Positions 40,491-55,694 of a stretch of DNA of 64,000 nt are shown here, one piece after another (within the stretch, counting starts at the first letter, position 1; the number at the start of each line of letters is the position of its first letter). A program made the translations under genes and the position numbers. The notes below the pieces were generated by a model. The model did no database searches. It saw only the letters and a program-made list of their open reading frames with translations, and was not told the DNA's origin. Origin of the DNA: Camelus ferus (taxonomy: Eukaryota); NCBI RefSeq assembly GCF_009834535.1, contig NC_045697.1:94428001-94492000 (forward strand). Reading direction: 5' to 3'.

Positions 40491-43414
40491 AACCCGTTTG
40501 AAACCCGTGGTTAACCAAAAGATTTTGCTCTGCCTCCTTTTGGGAATAATCCATTTACTAGAGAAAAATTGATTCTCTAGATCAGCATCTATTTTTGCTT
40601 CATAGGCCTCCTTCCTTTTCTCTGGAATCTGTAATTCAGATTTAAGAATTTTTTTTTAATACAGCATATTTCTATTCAGAGATGGGAGGTAAGAAAGTTA
40701 TGAGTCCTGCTTTGAGAAAGGACTCGGCAACGGGAAAGTGTGGTCAAAGAACAGAGCAGGCAGGACATTCATCCAAGGATAAATGAATCTCAAGGATGAA
40801 TGTCAACATAAATTTTATTACACTCAAGCATTTGGGCACAAGAGGGAAAAATCTCAGCATTGTTGTAATAAGTTGATGAAGAGATGAATGGAGCCTGAGG
40901 AAGCTAGCAGGCACTTGAACATGATGAAGGCAAAAAAGTGGGAATGAAATACTGAATCTCAGGATGTGTGGCTAGAAAGTCATCAAATCTTCAGAAGAGG
41001 AATTCATTCTAAAACCGGTAACAAGATGCATGTAATTATTTGTGAGTATTAACAAACATGCGTATATGTTTATACATGTGTTTTTAAATTAAAATGTATA
41101 CAGAAACCTACATAATTTCCTGATAGAATAATTTTGATATTCTTAGCTAGTTCATATTATTTCTGAATTACCAAGACAGAAAAATATGTTCTATGTCTCT
41201 TACTGACACCTTGATTTCAGTTTTATGAAATTTGAAACTGGAGATACCTGAATCTTAAGAGAACTAAGGATGCAAAGCAAGCATCTGGAAAAGACAAGCA
41301 TTGTGCCCTGTCAGCCATAGCCTCCTATTTGTCTGAGAATCTTACAACTACTTCAAAAACAGAAAATGTTTCTAATTTGACTGGCAGGATTTAGCTTCTA
41401 TCTTTTTCCTAAAAATGGCTTTTGAATTTAGTTATGTTTTCTTGCATTCTATATATGACAAAATTTTTTTTAAATATTCTGTTTTTCATTAATTATATTC
41501 AAATTTGTTTGGTTTCTAATAAAATCTAGATCATAGTCCTCACCTTGAGTCTATCTCCAAATTATTTTGAATATGTCCTATAGTATATTGATTCATTTAG
41601 TGATTTCATTTAACTACAGGTATATGAAACACCTGACAAGAATGGTTTGATCAACAGTAGATTTGATTTTTCACTTACCATGTCTAAAAGTAGGTGACCC
41701 AGGATGGATACAATGACTCCATAATTTCTTTAATGTCCCTGTCACATACTATCATTCAGTTACAGTACTTTGAGTAGTTGCTCTCATAATTGTGAAATGT
41801 TCACAAAGACACCTCAGCATTGCCATCCTTTTTCCTATATGCTACCCAGGAAGATGAAGATGCAACAAACTAGATGTGGTAGAAAAGCAGGACCTTCCCA
41901 GGCAGCTCCAGAAACCATTTGCTTTGATCTAGTTGGCCAGAATTTTGTTACCTGGATAACTCTCGATGAAAGTTAGGGAAATGCAACTGATAATCTGAGC
42001 ATATAGACACATTGAAGGACAAAAAAAAAGATAGAGATTTGATTGGTGAGGAAGAACTCAAAAATGGATTTGGGATTATATAAACCATGTATAATGAGAC
42101 TTAATAACCTCTATTAAAGACATCATGTCCCCATCTTTAATATCTAATGCCACAATTGCACATTCTTTTATGCATAGATACCAATTCTAATGTCATAAAG
42201 GAGATATGCAAATACTTTTCTTCTTTGATGTTATCTAAGAAGTATAAACTTTTATTGGTTATAACCAGTTCCATATTCATCATCTACTTAAAAATATTTT
42301 TTAGAATGCAAACTAGATTCTGGCACTCAAGCTTCAGACACAAGGGAGTTAATGCCTGGTAAGTAAGTAAATTAATGTTGAGTAACTACTTAAAATATGA
42401 AATTCTATATTGTTTTAGAAAGGAGTTGTGTCTGCACAGCAGTAGGTACATAACACAGTCAAAGGGAAAAAGTGGAAATGCTCTGGGTGAAACCTGCAAA
42501 AACACCCTCCCCCCCCATCATCCCCTGACCCAGGGAGGAAATGTAGCTAATGTTAAAAATATAAGGTCAAAGAGCTTGGGGGTTTGGTATTTCTAGAAAA
42601 CAATGCATTGGAAAGGGAAGGTAAAGGAGAGGGAAATTAGAACTGCAGAAGGCTGATGCTACTTGTAAGGTGGAATGTTGAGTTAAATTATGAATATTTT
42701 TTATATTAAGTGTGAGTTACTTTTAAGTGTTTGGCTTTATGGGAATGAAATGGAACACAGAGTGTTGGCTGAAGATGTTCAACAGAGAATCATCATAAGT
42801 ACACGTGGTAGAAGAGCAAAGCTTCTATTAAGTAAAAAGAAAAGAAGCAATTAAATCTACAAAAAACAGTCACTAAAGGGACCTGAGAATGCGTCAATTA
42901 AATAATTACAGCAACAACCAAAACAAGAAATAAACTAACATTTATTGAGTGCTAATTAACTGCCTGGCTTTTTGTTAAGCACATTACATCATTTAAGAAT
43001 AATTACTGTGATTTTGATACATATAATTTTAGTGCAGAAGCACAAGAAGTAATAGCATGATGCTTGATGGTGTCCAATATATGAGTGGATTTTAAGGATG
43101 TAAACTAGCTAGTCAGCAATGCCAAAATGAAGCAAGAACAAAGAGGCAGTAAAATAAAATGTGTTTTTATTTTACTATATTTCTTCACATTTAAGCTGAA
43201 AAAAGTGATTTTATAAAAGCTTCTTGATATTCAGTGCTACCAAATTTTGAAAATGTAGGCAATATTTTTAATTTATTGCTTCATTTTATTTCTCTATTTA
43301 ATGCTCACATTAGTAAGACTAAGAGAGATATTTCTGAAATTCACAGTGTTTGATGAGCACCAAATAATGTGATACATCCAGTTCATCCACAGTTCTTTTT
43401 TCCTTAGCGTAAAG

Positions 43415-44173
43415 TGTGGAATTTTAAGCTATTGGATTGAAAACTGCAAAACAACCTTGGCACATAAGATCTAGATCCAAACACCTGCACTAGGAGACCT
43501 GACCAACCCTAGCATGGCCTCTAGCAGCCTAAGGCCAAGTTCCTGGGGCAAGTCCACCCCTTTTGAGCTCCTGTCTGGCTCAGGGCTGTCAAAAGAATTT
43601 GTAAACTGACTATACTTCAATTAAAAAAAATTAGTAACCATTTTTGTACAATTTAAGTGTAGTCTTAAAAATAAATGAATGTATTCCTTAAAAAAAAAAA
43701 TTTGTTTGTTCTAGCCATTACCCTGTCCTCCCTCTCTTAGGGCATATGCTAAAAAGGACTTAAACAATTGCGAAACTTTCCTCTGTCCATTTGAGATGAA
43801 TGTTTATCTCTGACAATTCAGAGGTGTCTTTCTCACGGACTTGAAAGCAATTTTTTGAAATGTCATCACCAGGAAGTACAAGGCTTTAGCCTCCCAGTCT
43901 GTGTGGGAGGAGAGAGCCCTAATTTGATAATTGTCAGCTAGCAGACACAGCTGGTCTAATGGCATTTACACTGACCAATCACTTGTCATTTTTCACTTCT
44001 CTCACTATTTGAGCCTGGTTGCACCCCTTCCTTACTCTCTCATCCTCCTTTTAAAATATCCTGTCCTCTCTGCAGACATCAGAATGGATTTCAGATTCTC
44101 CCCCTATTGTCAGTAATTACTGAATAAAATCTGTTTTCACTGGTTTAATGTTCAGCTTTGTTTATCATTGACA
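43415..44173 (+). mobile_element. ERV1-type LTR with a nested short L1 3' tail at ~43600-43700
   Basis: TG...CA ends; aataaaatctgttttcact near the end; internal tgtaaactgactatacttcaattaaaaaaaa L1 terminus. Confidence 0.65.
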
Positions 44174-45229
44174 GGATGAACATTAAATGCATTAAGTTTT
44201 GAGGGCTGTTAGAAGAGTTCTGCAGCCAAGCAATCGTAATTGAATAGCTTTAAGTAGTCTTGATGCAGTCTTCCCATTCACTTCCAGAAGGCATTATTTT
44301 CAAATGTAAATACAAATCAGTCTCACAGTTTTTCTCCATACTTCAAAAGATTAAAATTATTTACATAGATGAGTAATGAAGAGTTGGAAATACGTGCTTT
44401 AATACTTTTTAAAAAATGTATAAATAGATTAACAGAAAATTTAACAGTAGAAAATTGAAGGTTTTTAAATTCAAGATGGCAGAAAGAACAAAAATGTTCA
44501 TCTAGTTCATGCAATTCCTTTAAAATTACAATGAAGGAAAGGAAGCAGAATAGCTGAAATGACAGCCTAAATTACTAGCAAAGAGGATGACAATGAGAGA
44601 GGAAGCTTATCTGCTCAGGAGATCCTTGGAGGGCTGGACAGGATGGTGAGATGTGGGCTGAGCATAGGAACGGATGAAACAGAACTCTCTCCTCCCAACT
44701 CTTATTTTACCCAGTGCACACACGTTAGCGCTTAGTTATGTAACCCCAGGTTAAAAATGAACAAAAGGGCATACATATAAATAAATATTTATGGCAAAAT
44801 TAAAAACAAAATAAAACAACAAATAAGGTTATTTTCTAATCATGGAAAATAGTGGAGTAACTGAGAACTCTGCTGTTAGTATTGGGACTTGCTCCTGGTG
44901 GTACTTAATGCATCCTCAACATAATGGTAGATTCCTTTCTCGTGTATCCTAAAGACAGCTATTTCACAAATTTTGCACATGTCACAGACCTCTCAGTCAT
45001 ATTTAAAAAAAATTATTTTCTGTTCTCATTTATGAATGACAATACAAGAATCACAAAATCTTTATGAAACATAAAATACAAAGACCCAGAAATAACATAG
45101 AAAAATAAACCCTGAAGGAAAGAAAGTCAAAGATGATAAGAGAGTGAAATAAAAGAGACAAATAAAATAGGAGGGAAGAAAAAGACATCCAATAATATGA
45201 TAAATAAATATAATCAAAAAAACTTAGAC

Positions 45230-46500
45230 GTCAGACAAGGTGGTTAGACAATGGAATAAGATACAAGAAAGAACGTTTGAAAATTAAATATAGGCTGAGG
45301 AAACAACCTCTGAGCTAGAGAATGTCTCAACAGAATCCTTGAATACTGGAAAAAGAACAGACCAAACAAACAAACAAACAAAAAATCCCCCAAAACCAGA
45401 GTATTGAAGAACTGTGGGAAACTACAAAAGGGGAAATACACATGTAGTAGGAATAGCAGAAGAAAAAGGAGAGAAAAGTACAAACAAATATTTGAAATAA
45501 TAATAGCTGAGATATCCCCAGATTAATGTCAGACACCAAACCTCAGATCCAGGGAGCTCAGAGAACACTAAACAAGATAATGTACCCCAAAACACACCTA
45601 GGCATGCCATTTTTAAACTACAGAAAAATCAAAGACAAAGAAAAACTCCTGAAAGAAGCCAGAGAGAATTAAAAAATCTCACCTATAGAGCATGACATCG
45701 GCTTCTCCTCAGAAACCATCCAGTCAAAAAGAGCTTGAAATGAAATATTTCAAGCATTGAAAGAAAAATAAAACCCGCCAACCTAGAATTCTGTACCAAT
45801 GAAATTATCCTTTAAAAGTAAAGGAAAAATAAAGCCCGGAGGGACTTTATTGACAGTAGACCTGATCTGAAAGGATTCTTAAAAGAAATTCTTTAAAGAA
45901 AGAAAATAATATAGGTCGGAAACTCAAATCGACATAAAGTAAGGAGGAATATTAAAGAAAGGATAAGTAGAGGTAAAATAAAATTTTTATTTTTCTTTTT
46001 ATTAATTGATCTAACAGCAGTTTGTTCAAAATCGCAATACAATATAGTAGATTGTGCAGGCTGTGTATATATCATACATACTATATGATTCCAACTACAT
46101 GACATTCTGAAAAAGGCAAAACTACAAAGACAGTAAAAGGAACAGTAGCTTCCAGGAGTTGTCAAGTGGGGAGTGATGAGGAGGCAAAGCACAGAGGATT
46201 TTTAGGGCAGTGAAAAGTCTCTGTATGCTACCTTAATAATGGATACATGTCGCTGTACATTTATTCAAATCTAGATAGAATGAACCATGCCAAAAATAAT
46301 GTTAAGGTAACCTATGGACTTTATTGATTATATGTAAATGTAGGTTTATCAACTGTAGCAGACATACCACTCTGCTGGGGACGTTGACAATGAGGGAGGC
46401 TATGAACCTATGGGAGCAGAGGAATCTCTGAACTTTTCTGTCAATGTTCTTGTCGATCTACAATTGCTCCTCAAAAGCTTTACTTAAAATAAAAATAAGA
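45230..46500 (+). mobile_element. Old L1 (L1M) with ORF1 remnants and 3' UTR
   Basis: gaactgtggga..ggaatagcagaaga..aaatatttgaa..ctgaaagaagccagag..caacctagaattctgtacca (ORF1 remnant); tatgattccaactacatgacattctgaaaaaggcaaaact..ggatacatgtc (3' UTR). Confidence 0.8.
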
Positions 46501-49500
46501 AAAGAAATAAATGTAGATTGACCAATAATAATAACTTCTTGAAGATAACCAAAAAGAACTAGGAAAATAAATTGTGTAAAGAGTGACAATCATTGTGTCT
46601 CGCAGCTGAGAATGAGGGAATAAGAGCAGAAACTCTTCCTCGTTGGGATTAGGAGTTTTGGGTTACTTGGAAAAATAAATTATTTATTTTAACATCAAAT
46701 ATATAAAACTATACTTTTTCATAATATTTTGTTATAGCACTAAGCTTCAGTTTCCTGAAGATAGATGCTTATCACTTTTCTTTTATATACCCTGCTCGCA
46801 GTGTGCCTTCCACAATTTCCGTTTTCAGTTTTTTAAGGTGAGGTGAGAACTTAAAGACACTTACAAAGACATCGAAATGCAGTGTCCTCCTTCATATTTC
46901 TGGGTCTTTATTTCTGATCTTTTATAGTTGTCTCACCCACACCTATTCAGCAGCAAGTATTTTTAGGGCTTGTACTTTGTCAAGGCTTTTAAAAACATCC
47001 CTCCTTTTCATAAATACAATGTTCTTTTTCTATACATGTTCAGCATGTTTTACAAAGAAAAGAGGCAACAGATTAGTGAAAACAAATGCTATCTTAAAGG
47101 GTCTAATGTTTAAACTTACTTATATTAGATTTTTGCCTGTGTGTACATTTTAGTAAAATTTAAAATACTTTTTAGCAGACAATTTACATACCTCCCCCAC
47201 TCCTTTAAAATTTAATATAAACACAGTATTTTAAAGGAAAAGAAAACATGCCTGATGCTGTGCCTTTATCTTATGCTACCTGGGAAACATTCATCTCCCT
47301 TCTATTTATTCACCGTGGTGGTGAATTTGCTCTGGTTCTTTATTGCCTTCGTATTGTTTATCTGATATTTCTTAGTACTTGATTCAATTTCTGAAGAACA
47401 GAGATTACTTATAAAGCTTATATTTTAAGGTAATTATTTAATACACTTCAGCAAGCAATTAAAATTTTGAAGAGCCTAAACAAAAGTGTATTTTAAAATG
47501 AAAAATACAATCTTAGATTAAGCTGCGCTGAATTTAACCTCATTTAATTTGAAATTTAGGCGACGGAGTATGTTTAACACAGATCCTACTACCTACCAGA
47601 GGAGTTACATGCACTTTTTAAATGACTTTTTTGTTCACTAAGAAATTAGCCGCGTAAAATCAATGCTTAATTGTTTCACCCTGATCGCTTCCCACAGGAG
47701 CAGCGCCCCAAGCCTCCCCTTTTTCCTCCTCTTCCAGCTGTGAGGAGTTTTCACCAACATCCTACCAGCAGCAAAGCCTGTTGCCATCTCCCCACAGATT
47801 ACAGTTGTTGTGCTGTAAAACCACAGGGCAGAAGCGTCTGGGTTTGGTTTTGACCCTCCCAGTCTCCTCCTGTTTCCCTCTACGTGTGCACCACACGGGA
47901 GAGTTTTAGTGGTCTTTCTGATCTTCTCTAGAAACTCTCAGTGGAGTTTGAGGAAGAAGATCTGCAAGAGAGTGCAGACCCCCCAGTTTCTGCTGCCCCA
48001 TGGGTTCACGTTGCTCCACCAGCCTGCTTGGCCGTCCCCAACACGTCAACTATTTTACCTAAACGTTCTCACTTTTATCTTGTTGCATCTTTTCCAGGTA
48101 AGGATGTGCTGCCTTATCCTTTCTCCTGCAGCCCCACATTTCCTCATATTTTTAACTTTAGCTCTCAGATGAGTTTAAATAAGGCAGTGAATCTGAAGTT
48201 AGTCCAGACTGTTTCCATTATAAGTTTGGGAGGAAGCTCCTTCCTGTTTTATACGCTAGAGAAAAACCAAAAGTGGAGAAGCATAACTTTAAAAAAAATG
48301 TTTATGACTAAAAACACACATTATCGATGAAGATTTTAGAGGTGATACTGTCTTCGTACTATCTCTACATTTTTAACTTGAAACTTTAAAAGTAAGGTAT
48401 TATCCTGTTTGCCTCCTAAAGAGCTATGGACCATGCACATAAGGAAGCTAACAGCTACATATTTATGGGGAATATTTACAGGAAGTAAACACTTTATACA
48501 ATGTTTCCACATTTGTTTTTATATTTGTACATATAAAAAGCAACTGAAGGTTGCAAAATTTTCCAATAAATAGAAAATTCTACAGTGGTGGTTTCTAAAG
48601 AGCCCCCAAATTCCATAGGCTTTTGGCTACTGCCTTAGTTCCATAAATCTATATGCATATTAGTCTTTTCTAAATCCATACATAGTGATATTTTTATTTA
48701 TTTTATGCAGAATATGCAATGCTGTTTTCCCTAAAGTGACCTCATAATTGAAAAAGCAGGAATCCAGATTATACTAAAGAAAGGTTATTCATTTATTATT
48801 TTGAAAATAGATAAATAATTAAAAAGGATGGTGGTTAGATCTATGACTTCAAATATCAGATGGGTCTTTAGGTTTCTCAAATTACTCTGGGCATTCATGA
48901 AAGTAGTTATCACAATATTCTATAAATATTGGTTTAGGCGTTTGTCTTTACAATGTAAGAACTTATTTTCTTTACTGCCTTGGATAGCATAGTGTGTATT
49001 TTTATTCAGTTAAAATTTGTTAAATCAATATCCAATCAAAAATTCTCCATTTGACCTCATTTTCACCCTGGGTCTTGCTGACTTTTTTGTTATGCACTTA
49101 CTAATAAGCAATCTACACTTAAGGGCTCTCTCCTTTTAGCCATTAATTAGACTTTTTAAGGAAAATATGTTCAACTTGTCAAGTGCAGTAATGGAATATA
49201 AAAAGTGTAAAATCAGCATTTTTCTGTCGCTTAGGTATCTGTAGACACAAAGGAAGTAAACTTTACACAATTAAACTATAATAGTTCAAAAAGTACAGGA
49301 GGCAGCTCTATTTTTAAGTGTTTCCCCTTAGTGACTGTCTAGCGACACGCAGCTGAGGCCAGACTGAGACCGCTAGTGTCAGCATCACAGTGATGCGCTG
49401 GTCAGCGGTTAAGAACCAGCTGGGTGGGGTGGGGAGGAACCCTGATTTGCAGTATTTACTGATTTATGTACTGTAAATGCTCCCTAAATTGCTGATTTGA

Positions 49501-51467
49501 AGCTATCAACGTGATGTCATGAAATGCAGACTTGGGAGGCTAGAGGCACAATTACTCTCCAAAGGCAATCCTGGCCTCAAACTGCCTGTGATTAAAAAAA
49601 AGAATCTGTCACAGGTGGTGCGATAAATAAAATAAAGCTTCTCTTAAATAATTCTACTTCAAATTTCACGTTAAATGGCAGCCAGAAATTTGACGTTATA
49701 CTTTAGGAATCATTTTTCTGTGAAACTAACATTTAAAGTTCACTTCGTAGGGATTATCATACTAAATCATTTTAATACCACCAACAATTTCAAGTGTATT
49801 TGACAAAGGGGCAGATGGCCTAAAGTGAGGAAAGGTTCTCCATATTATATAAGGACACATGCAAAGGGATAGAAAAATGACCTCTGAAAAGCTATGCTTC
49901 ATTAATTTTGTCTTTGCCTTTAACTACTTTTTTCATAGCTATATCTTTGTTTCAGGTATCATTCATGAGTGCCCTAGGTTAAGAATTACAACAGAATTTA
50001 AGTGAAAAAAAAATACCATTTTAGTATGAAGTGTGCCTAGGTTTAGATTTGTAATACATATATTTTAACATATATTTTTGACCAAATAACTGTAGAGATA
50101 TTTTGATGTTTTTAACAATTCTGTCTTTTAACTGAGAGTGTTGTCTGTGGTCAAATAAAACATATTAATGTTTATTATTAACAAATAGAAAATGTCCACA
50201 TCTTGTTCCAATTACATAGCTTTAGCAAATTCTCCAGTTACTATGAATTCTCCAATGGGATGACCGGATTTATTGTTGCCTTGCTGTGTGCCTCCTGTTC
50301 TTCTGTCTGTGTATAATTCACTTGCACTGGAAAGACAGGTATTACGAGGAAGATATTCCAAGGTTAGCTGCAAAGCAGTAGGTTTACTTCTTAAATATTT
50401 AAGAACTCCCATAGCAAGTGATAGGAACCCAAGTGTTGAATACAAAATACTTCATTAGTTTGCATTTAACAAAGAGAGATTATTTGGTAGACACTATTAA
50501 AAAATTTATTATTCTGATACAATTGTGTAGACATTTCTTACTTTTGGTGACCTACATATACTATTTCAATAGATCTTTAAATTACTTAATAAAAACAGCT
50601 TTGGAGACTACTTAAGTTTGTGCTAGCACTGGGCTCAGTTCTAGGAACGAGTCTCCTTAACAAGGATTGGTGATTGCAGGCAATTGAAACAATTTATCCT
50701 TCAAAAAAGGCATGAAACAGTACAATGTACCAAAAAAAAAAAAAAAGAATTAGCACTGGGGTATAGATTTCAATATACCAACATTTAGAAAATTCCACCT
50801 CTATCATATTCATCACATGTTCTAACTGAGGAAAATTGTACACATGAGAATTGAATGATTATCTAAAGACAACAGGCCAAATTAATAATTGAGGTGCATA
50901 ATTTGTGTAATAAAGTAAATTTATTTAAGGGACTTGATTACCCGTATTCATTATCTGCACTGTGTGAAGTGCTCTACTTTAACTAATGAGAACATCTTTT
51001 TACCGTTAATTGATGTTAAAAATAATCCTTATAGATTTTATTATTTTTTAATGTGTTGGTGTTATATAATTTTATTTATTTCCTAAGGTAAGCATTTTCT
51101 AGGTTTTCTAAATATTAGCATATTTGATTCTATGATATTTTGAGATATTAACCTCATATTAATGTTTTTTATCTTCTTTGTTATTTTCCCTGAATTTCCT
51201 TTCATCATTCATTTTCAAGGGAAAAATATGAGACAGAAGGAAACCCCACAAGCTGTCTGTAAGTTTTGGTGTTTGCTTTCTAAGCCCTAAATTCCTAGGA
51301 GTATTTATAAGGTTGGAGTAAGTTAGTTTATAAAAACGGGGGTAGATTTCAGATAGCACACTATGCACAGAGCCAATAAGGGAGAATGACTAGGACTGGG
51401 GATGCGGATTCCTTTATGCAATTGAGGGAGCTGGTGAAAACAAAATGTTGGTGATTTCCAGTGCAGA

Positions 51468-51870
51468 GATTGGTAGCAGAAAAATGCTCCACCCCAAGAT
51501 GTCCTCCTAATTCCCAGAATCTGTGAATGTGTCTACTTTATTGATCAAAGGGTGCTTTGAAAAGGATCTTGATATGGGAAGATCATCTTGGATTATCTGG
51601 GTAGGCTCTGTATAATCCTAAGGGTTCTTGTGAGAGCAAGAGAGATGTAAGAGAGAGAGGAATGTGTGTGAGGAAGACTCAACAGACCATCGCTGCTTGG
51701 TAAACAGGAGACCATGAGCCAATGAACCTGGATGGTCCCCAGAAGCTGGAAAGGACAAGAAAGTGGTTTTGTCCTCGATCCTGTTGACACTTTGACTTAA
51801 ACCCAGTGAAATCAGGTTCTAACATTTTTTTAACAAAAAATTGACAGAATAAGGTATTTGGCATTCAATT
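51468..51870 (+). mobile_element. MaLR MLT1D-like LTR, degraded
   Basis: cctaattcccagaatctgtgaatgtg..gatcttgatatgggaagatcatcttggattatctgggtaggc..agaagctggaaagg. Confidence 0.7.
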
Positions 51871-54800
51871 TGCTATATCCTTAAAACTGGCAATTATATT
51901 AGAAACATTAAGAATGCTTGATATGTACATACCAAAAGCTCTCACCTAGTTTCAGATAGTTAAAACATTTGAAATTATTTCTTAGTGTCATAACTGTACC
52001 CCTCTTTCACTTGTAATTTTAATAAATTTTTAAATGGATGTATTTATTTAATGAGTATTTTAATATTAAAAGAAGAATCAATCCTGCTAATTTAAAAAAT
52101 AGCAAGACTTTAAGATTATTTGTACGGGTGTGTGGGGGTTGTAATTTGTTTCCATTAAGTCAATTTGGATTGCCCAAAATATTCTTTTCATTATAATTGA
52201 ACTTCAGAATCTAGGCAATATAACCGATTTAATATATTGATAACATTTAGTTCCTTCTTGATTGCTAAGCATATAGTATTTTCAATTATCTACACTAGAG
52301 GGAAAAACATACTTAAAAGATCATTTCATGTATCTTTATTACATACTTATGTCTGCTAGCTCTTTAAATTAAGTTGGTTATTGAAAGGGTTCAGACCTTA
52401 TTTTTCATATTTTATAAAATATGAAGGATGTCTTTCACTATAAATAAAGGTAATTTATGGCAACAAATATTATAATTCTATATTGATAGAGCATTAGTGA
52501 TAATTTGATCTAAATTTTCTTTTCAATAGGAAAGGAAATTGAGAGTGAAAAGTTCATTGATTTGAGTTTAAGATTTTTAACTACCTAGAAACATTTGAAC
52601 ATATGAAACTTGATCCTTGCTCTAGTTTTGTTTATCTTCTTCACATTACTGCAATAAACACACTGATTTTTACATACAATACTGTAAGAACTTTACTGCC
52701 CACTGTCTTAGAGCACTACAGTATGTGCTATACCTGGGAAGCATGCATTTTATTAAAGCTGGCTGAATGCATTTTTCCAATACTTCACCTTATACTTTGA
52801 CTGCAAAATCAAAGACGTTTCTTAAAGATGTTTGCTATCAATTACTAAAAACGTGCACCAAATACCTATATCCTCCTTCCAAGTTTCAACACTGCAGAAG
52901 GAAAATAGGTGCAGAAGAAACAGAATGAGCAGGAAAGAGGAAAGTGTGATTAAGGAGACCATGCTCTGGTTCATCACCTGGGCTGCCTGAATTACAAGGA
53001 TCAAGTGAGAACTAAGGAGACAGATGATAATTCAATTAAATTTAACATTAAAGTTTTAAAGGATTAATGTAGAAGAATGAAGATATCCAGGGGAGAAAGC
53101 AAGAAGTAATCCTGGTACTTCATTAAAGACACTGGTATTAATGGCTCTGTAGGGGAAGAGGAGGCCTTGCACTCACTCAGATGGCAGTGTTGGAACCGAT
53201 ATGATTATATAAAGCCAGGTTTCTCAAAAACCCAGCTTGCTCAGTGATATGATTGGCCAAGGGGGAAAAAAATTAATTGAGGTTGAGTGACGAGAAAGGA
53301 ATTCCTCTATCTGGACTTCTACTGGAGCTGGACAAAATTTGAAAAAGAAAGGAAGGAAGGAGGAAATGTTCACCCAAACGTGGATCTCATAGTCTTGCTA
53401 TCCCGAAAGTTTGAGATACATGCATGGTATAGGAAATCTAAAGGTTAGAGAGCAAAATAAAGTGTACTCAAGTTGGTAGTACCCATGTGCACCCAGAAGA
53501 TGTAAATACAAATTCTTTCTAGAAGAATTAGCCCTCATAATTTTTAAACATTTAGATCAGTTAAATATCAGCTTGCAAGAAATAAATAAAAGAAAAAAAT
53601 ATGAAAACAAAACCAGTAGCAAGGCATGCTTGGAGACATTAGGAACTGGTAGCAGCAGAATTAAACTTTGAGGTATTCAAATATGATATCATCAGATACA
53701 AGAACTTAAAAAAACAGTATCAGGAAGAGACAATTGAAAAGAAACCTTCTGTGGCTGCATTACAGTCTTGAACTACACTTTAAAGCAAAAGTAACAGTGG
53801 CAGATTTAAAGAGGGCCATTGACAAAGGTTTCAATTCATCAGGAGAAAATGAACATTCTAAATTCATCTTGAAAACATGTCTCATTTCTTTATTTTTAAT
53901 GAGAAGAAGACATGTTCACTTTCCTAGCAGAGGAGAGGTTAGATTTTACGTTCCCTAGTTTCCCTTCCAGCTGCACAATTCTATGAAATGTACATGCTTT
54001 TCTTGATAACAACTATACATTTATGACAAAGACACATCCATATCCAGCCTAAAGTTATTTAGAAGCTTGTGATACTGGGAAGGGCCTTGGAAGTGTGGCT
54101 ATTGCTTCTTCACCCATTCTGATAAAGAACTGAATCACCTTGCTAGCCACATTCTCCGTATTGTTGGGATAATAGTAACAATATCAGAACCCATCCCTGT
54201 CAGAATATTTTTCAAGTGCCAGAAACTGAATTTCAGAATAAAACTAGACTAAAATTAAAGAAAATAGATTATTTCACATATCAGAAAGTACAGAAACATT
54301 GTGAACTCCAGGTATAGAGCATGTGGGTCTATGACTCCATTTGTGCATGGTTCTCTTAACTGCCTGCCTCTGGATGACCTTCAGTCCTGGGATGGTTGCC
54401 CTCAAGGTTCATGAAGGCAGCAGAAGAAAGTACTGAGGCAAGATAGGTTTTTGCTCACATCCGTACGGAGTGAGGGAACAACCTATGCCTAACAATGAAA
54501 AGCATTTTTCTTCTTGAATTTTATGACTATTTCAGGTTATCTACTTACACTTAACCCATATATCGATTGGTTTGATGCCAGGCATGAATGGGATTACTCC
54601 TATGTTCCTGAATCAAATACAAACTCATGGAAAGTTTCAGATCATCAAGACTGACTCACACTAATTAGGACCTAGAAAAATACTGGGGTTGGCTTCAGCT
54701 TTCCCTGAGTCACCTGAAATGTGTGAGTTGAGTGAGCACAAGAAGAAAGCTGTGGTTCTGTATGTAAAGTTGACAGGAAGGATTGGTAACTGAGTATGTG

Positions 54801-55116
54801 CACTACTTAGAGGTCAGTGTGTGATACAGAAAAATATTTTCTCTCTGTTGAACCTAAATGAAAGACAAGAAATTCTACAAAACAGATATATCTGCTATGT
54901 TTATACTATTTTATGAATACTTTTAAAAAATGTAATTCAAAGCACAATTATTGTTTTATCTTCAATGAAACAGAGATAATTCATTTTATTAACCGCTGAA
55001 CCAAGAACTGCCATTATCTTTAGTAGTTTGAATATTTTGAAATTTGGCTGTATGATGGTATGACTTTAGCAAATGTGAATATGCTCTTTCCATTGGGAAG
55101 TCTATAGGATGAGCCT

Positions 55117-55315
55117 TGTATTATTAGTCTGGGTTCTTTCAAGAAACAGAACTCACAGGAGACATACAGAGAGAGGTGGGGAGAAAGACAAAAGAAAAGA
55201 AAAGAAAAGAAAAGAAAAGAGAACAGAACAGAAAAGAAAAGAAAAGAAAAAGAAAGAAGAAAAGAAGAAGAAAGGAAAAGAAAAGAAAAGAAAAGAAAAG
55301 AAAAGAAAAGAAAAG

Positions 55316-55346
<31 letters not shown>

Positions 55347-55694
55347 GAAAAGAAAAGAAAGGAAAGATTTACTATAAGGAATTAGCTCATATGATTATGG
55401 AGGTTGAAAATCCAAGATGGAGTCCAAAGGTCTGAGGAGCAGGAGGACTGATGATGTAAGTTCCAGTCTAAGGCCAAATCCAAAGGCAGGAGAAGACCAA
55501 CAATGTTCCAGCTCAAAGACATCAGACAAAGAGAGAGAATTCTCCCTTACTCAGCCTTTTGTTCTATTCAGGCCTTCAATTCAAATGTTAATCTTGTCTG
55601 GAAACACCTTCACAAACACACTCAGAGATAATGTCATCCAAATAGCTGGGCATCCCATGGCCCAGCCAAGCTGATCCATAAAATTAACTATCAC
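55117..55694. mobile_element. ERVL MLT2-type LTR containing an expanded (GAAAA)n repeat
   Basis: tgtattattagtctgggttct..agaaacagaac..tttactataaggaattagctcatatgattatggagg..cccagccaagctgatccataaaattaactatcaca. Confidence 0.8.
55184..55365 (+). repeat. (GAAAA)n pentanucleotide microsatellite, about 180 bp
   Basis: Directly visible; explains the Lys/Arg/Glu-rich ORFs. Confidence 0.95.

Noticed and set aside
50212..50445. Exon-like minus-strand segment with an AG/GT boundary pair and an open frame
   Set aside because: The translation is unrecognisable and no partner exons were found, so a gene call cannot be supported.
55109..55435. Lys/Arg/Glu-rich ORFs
   Set aside because: Artefact of the (GAAAA)n microsatellite inside an MLT2 LTR.
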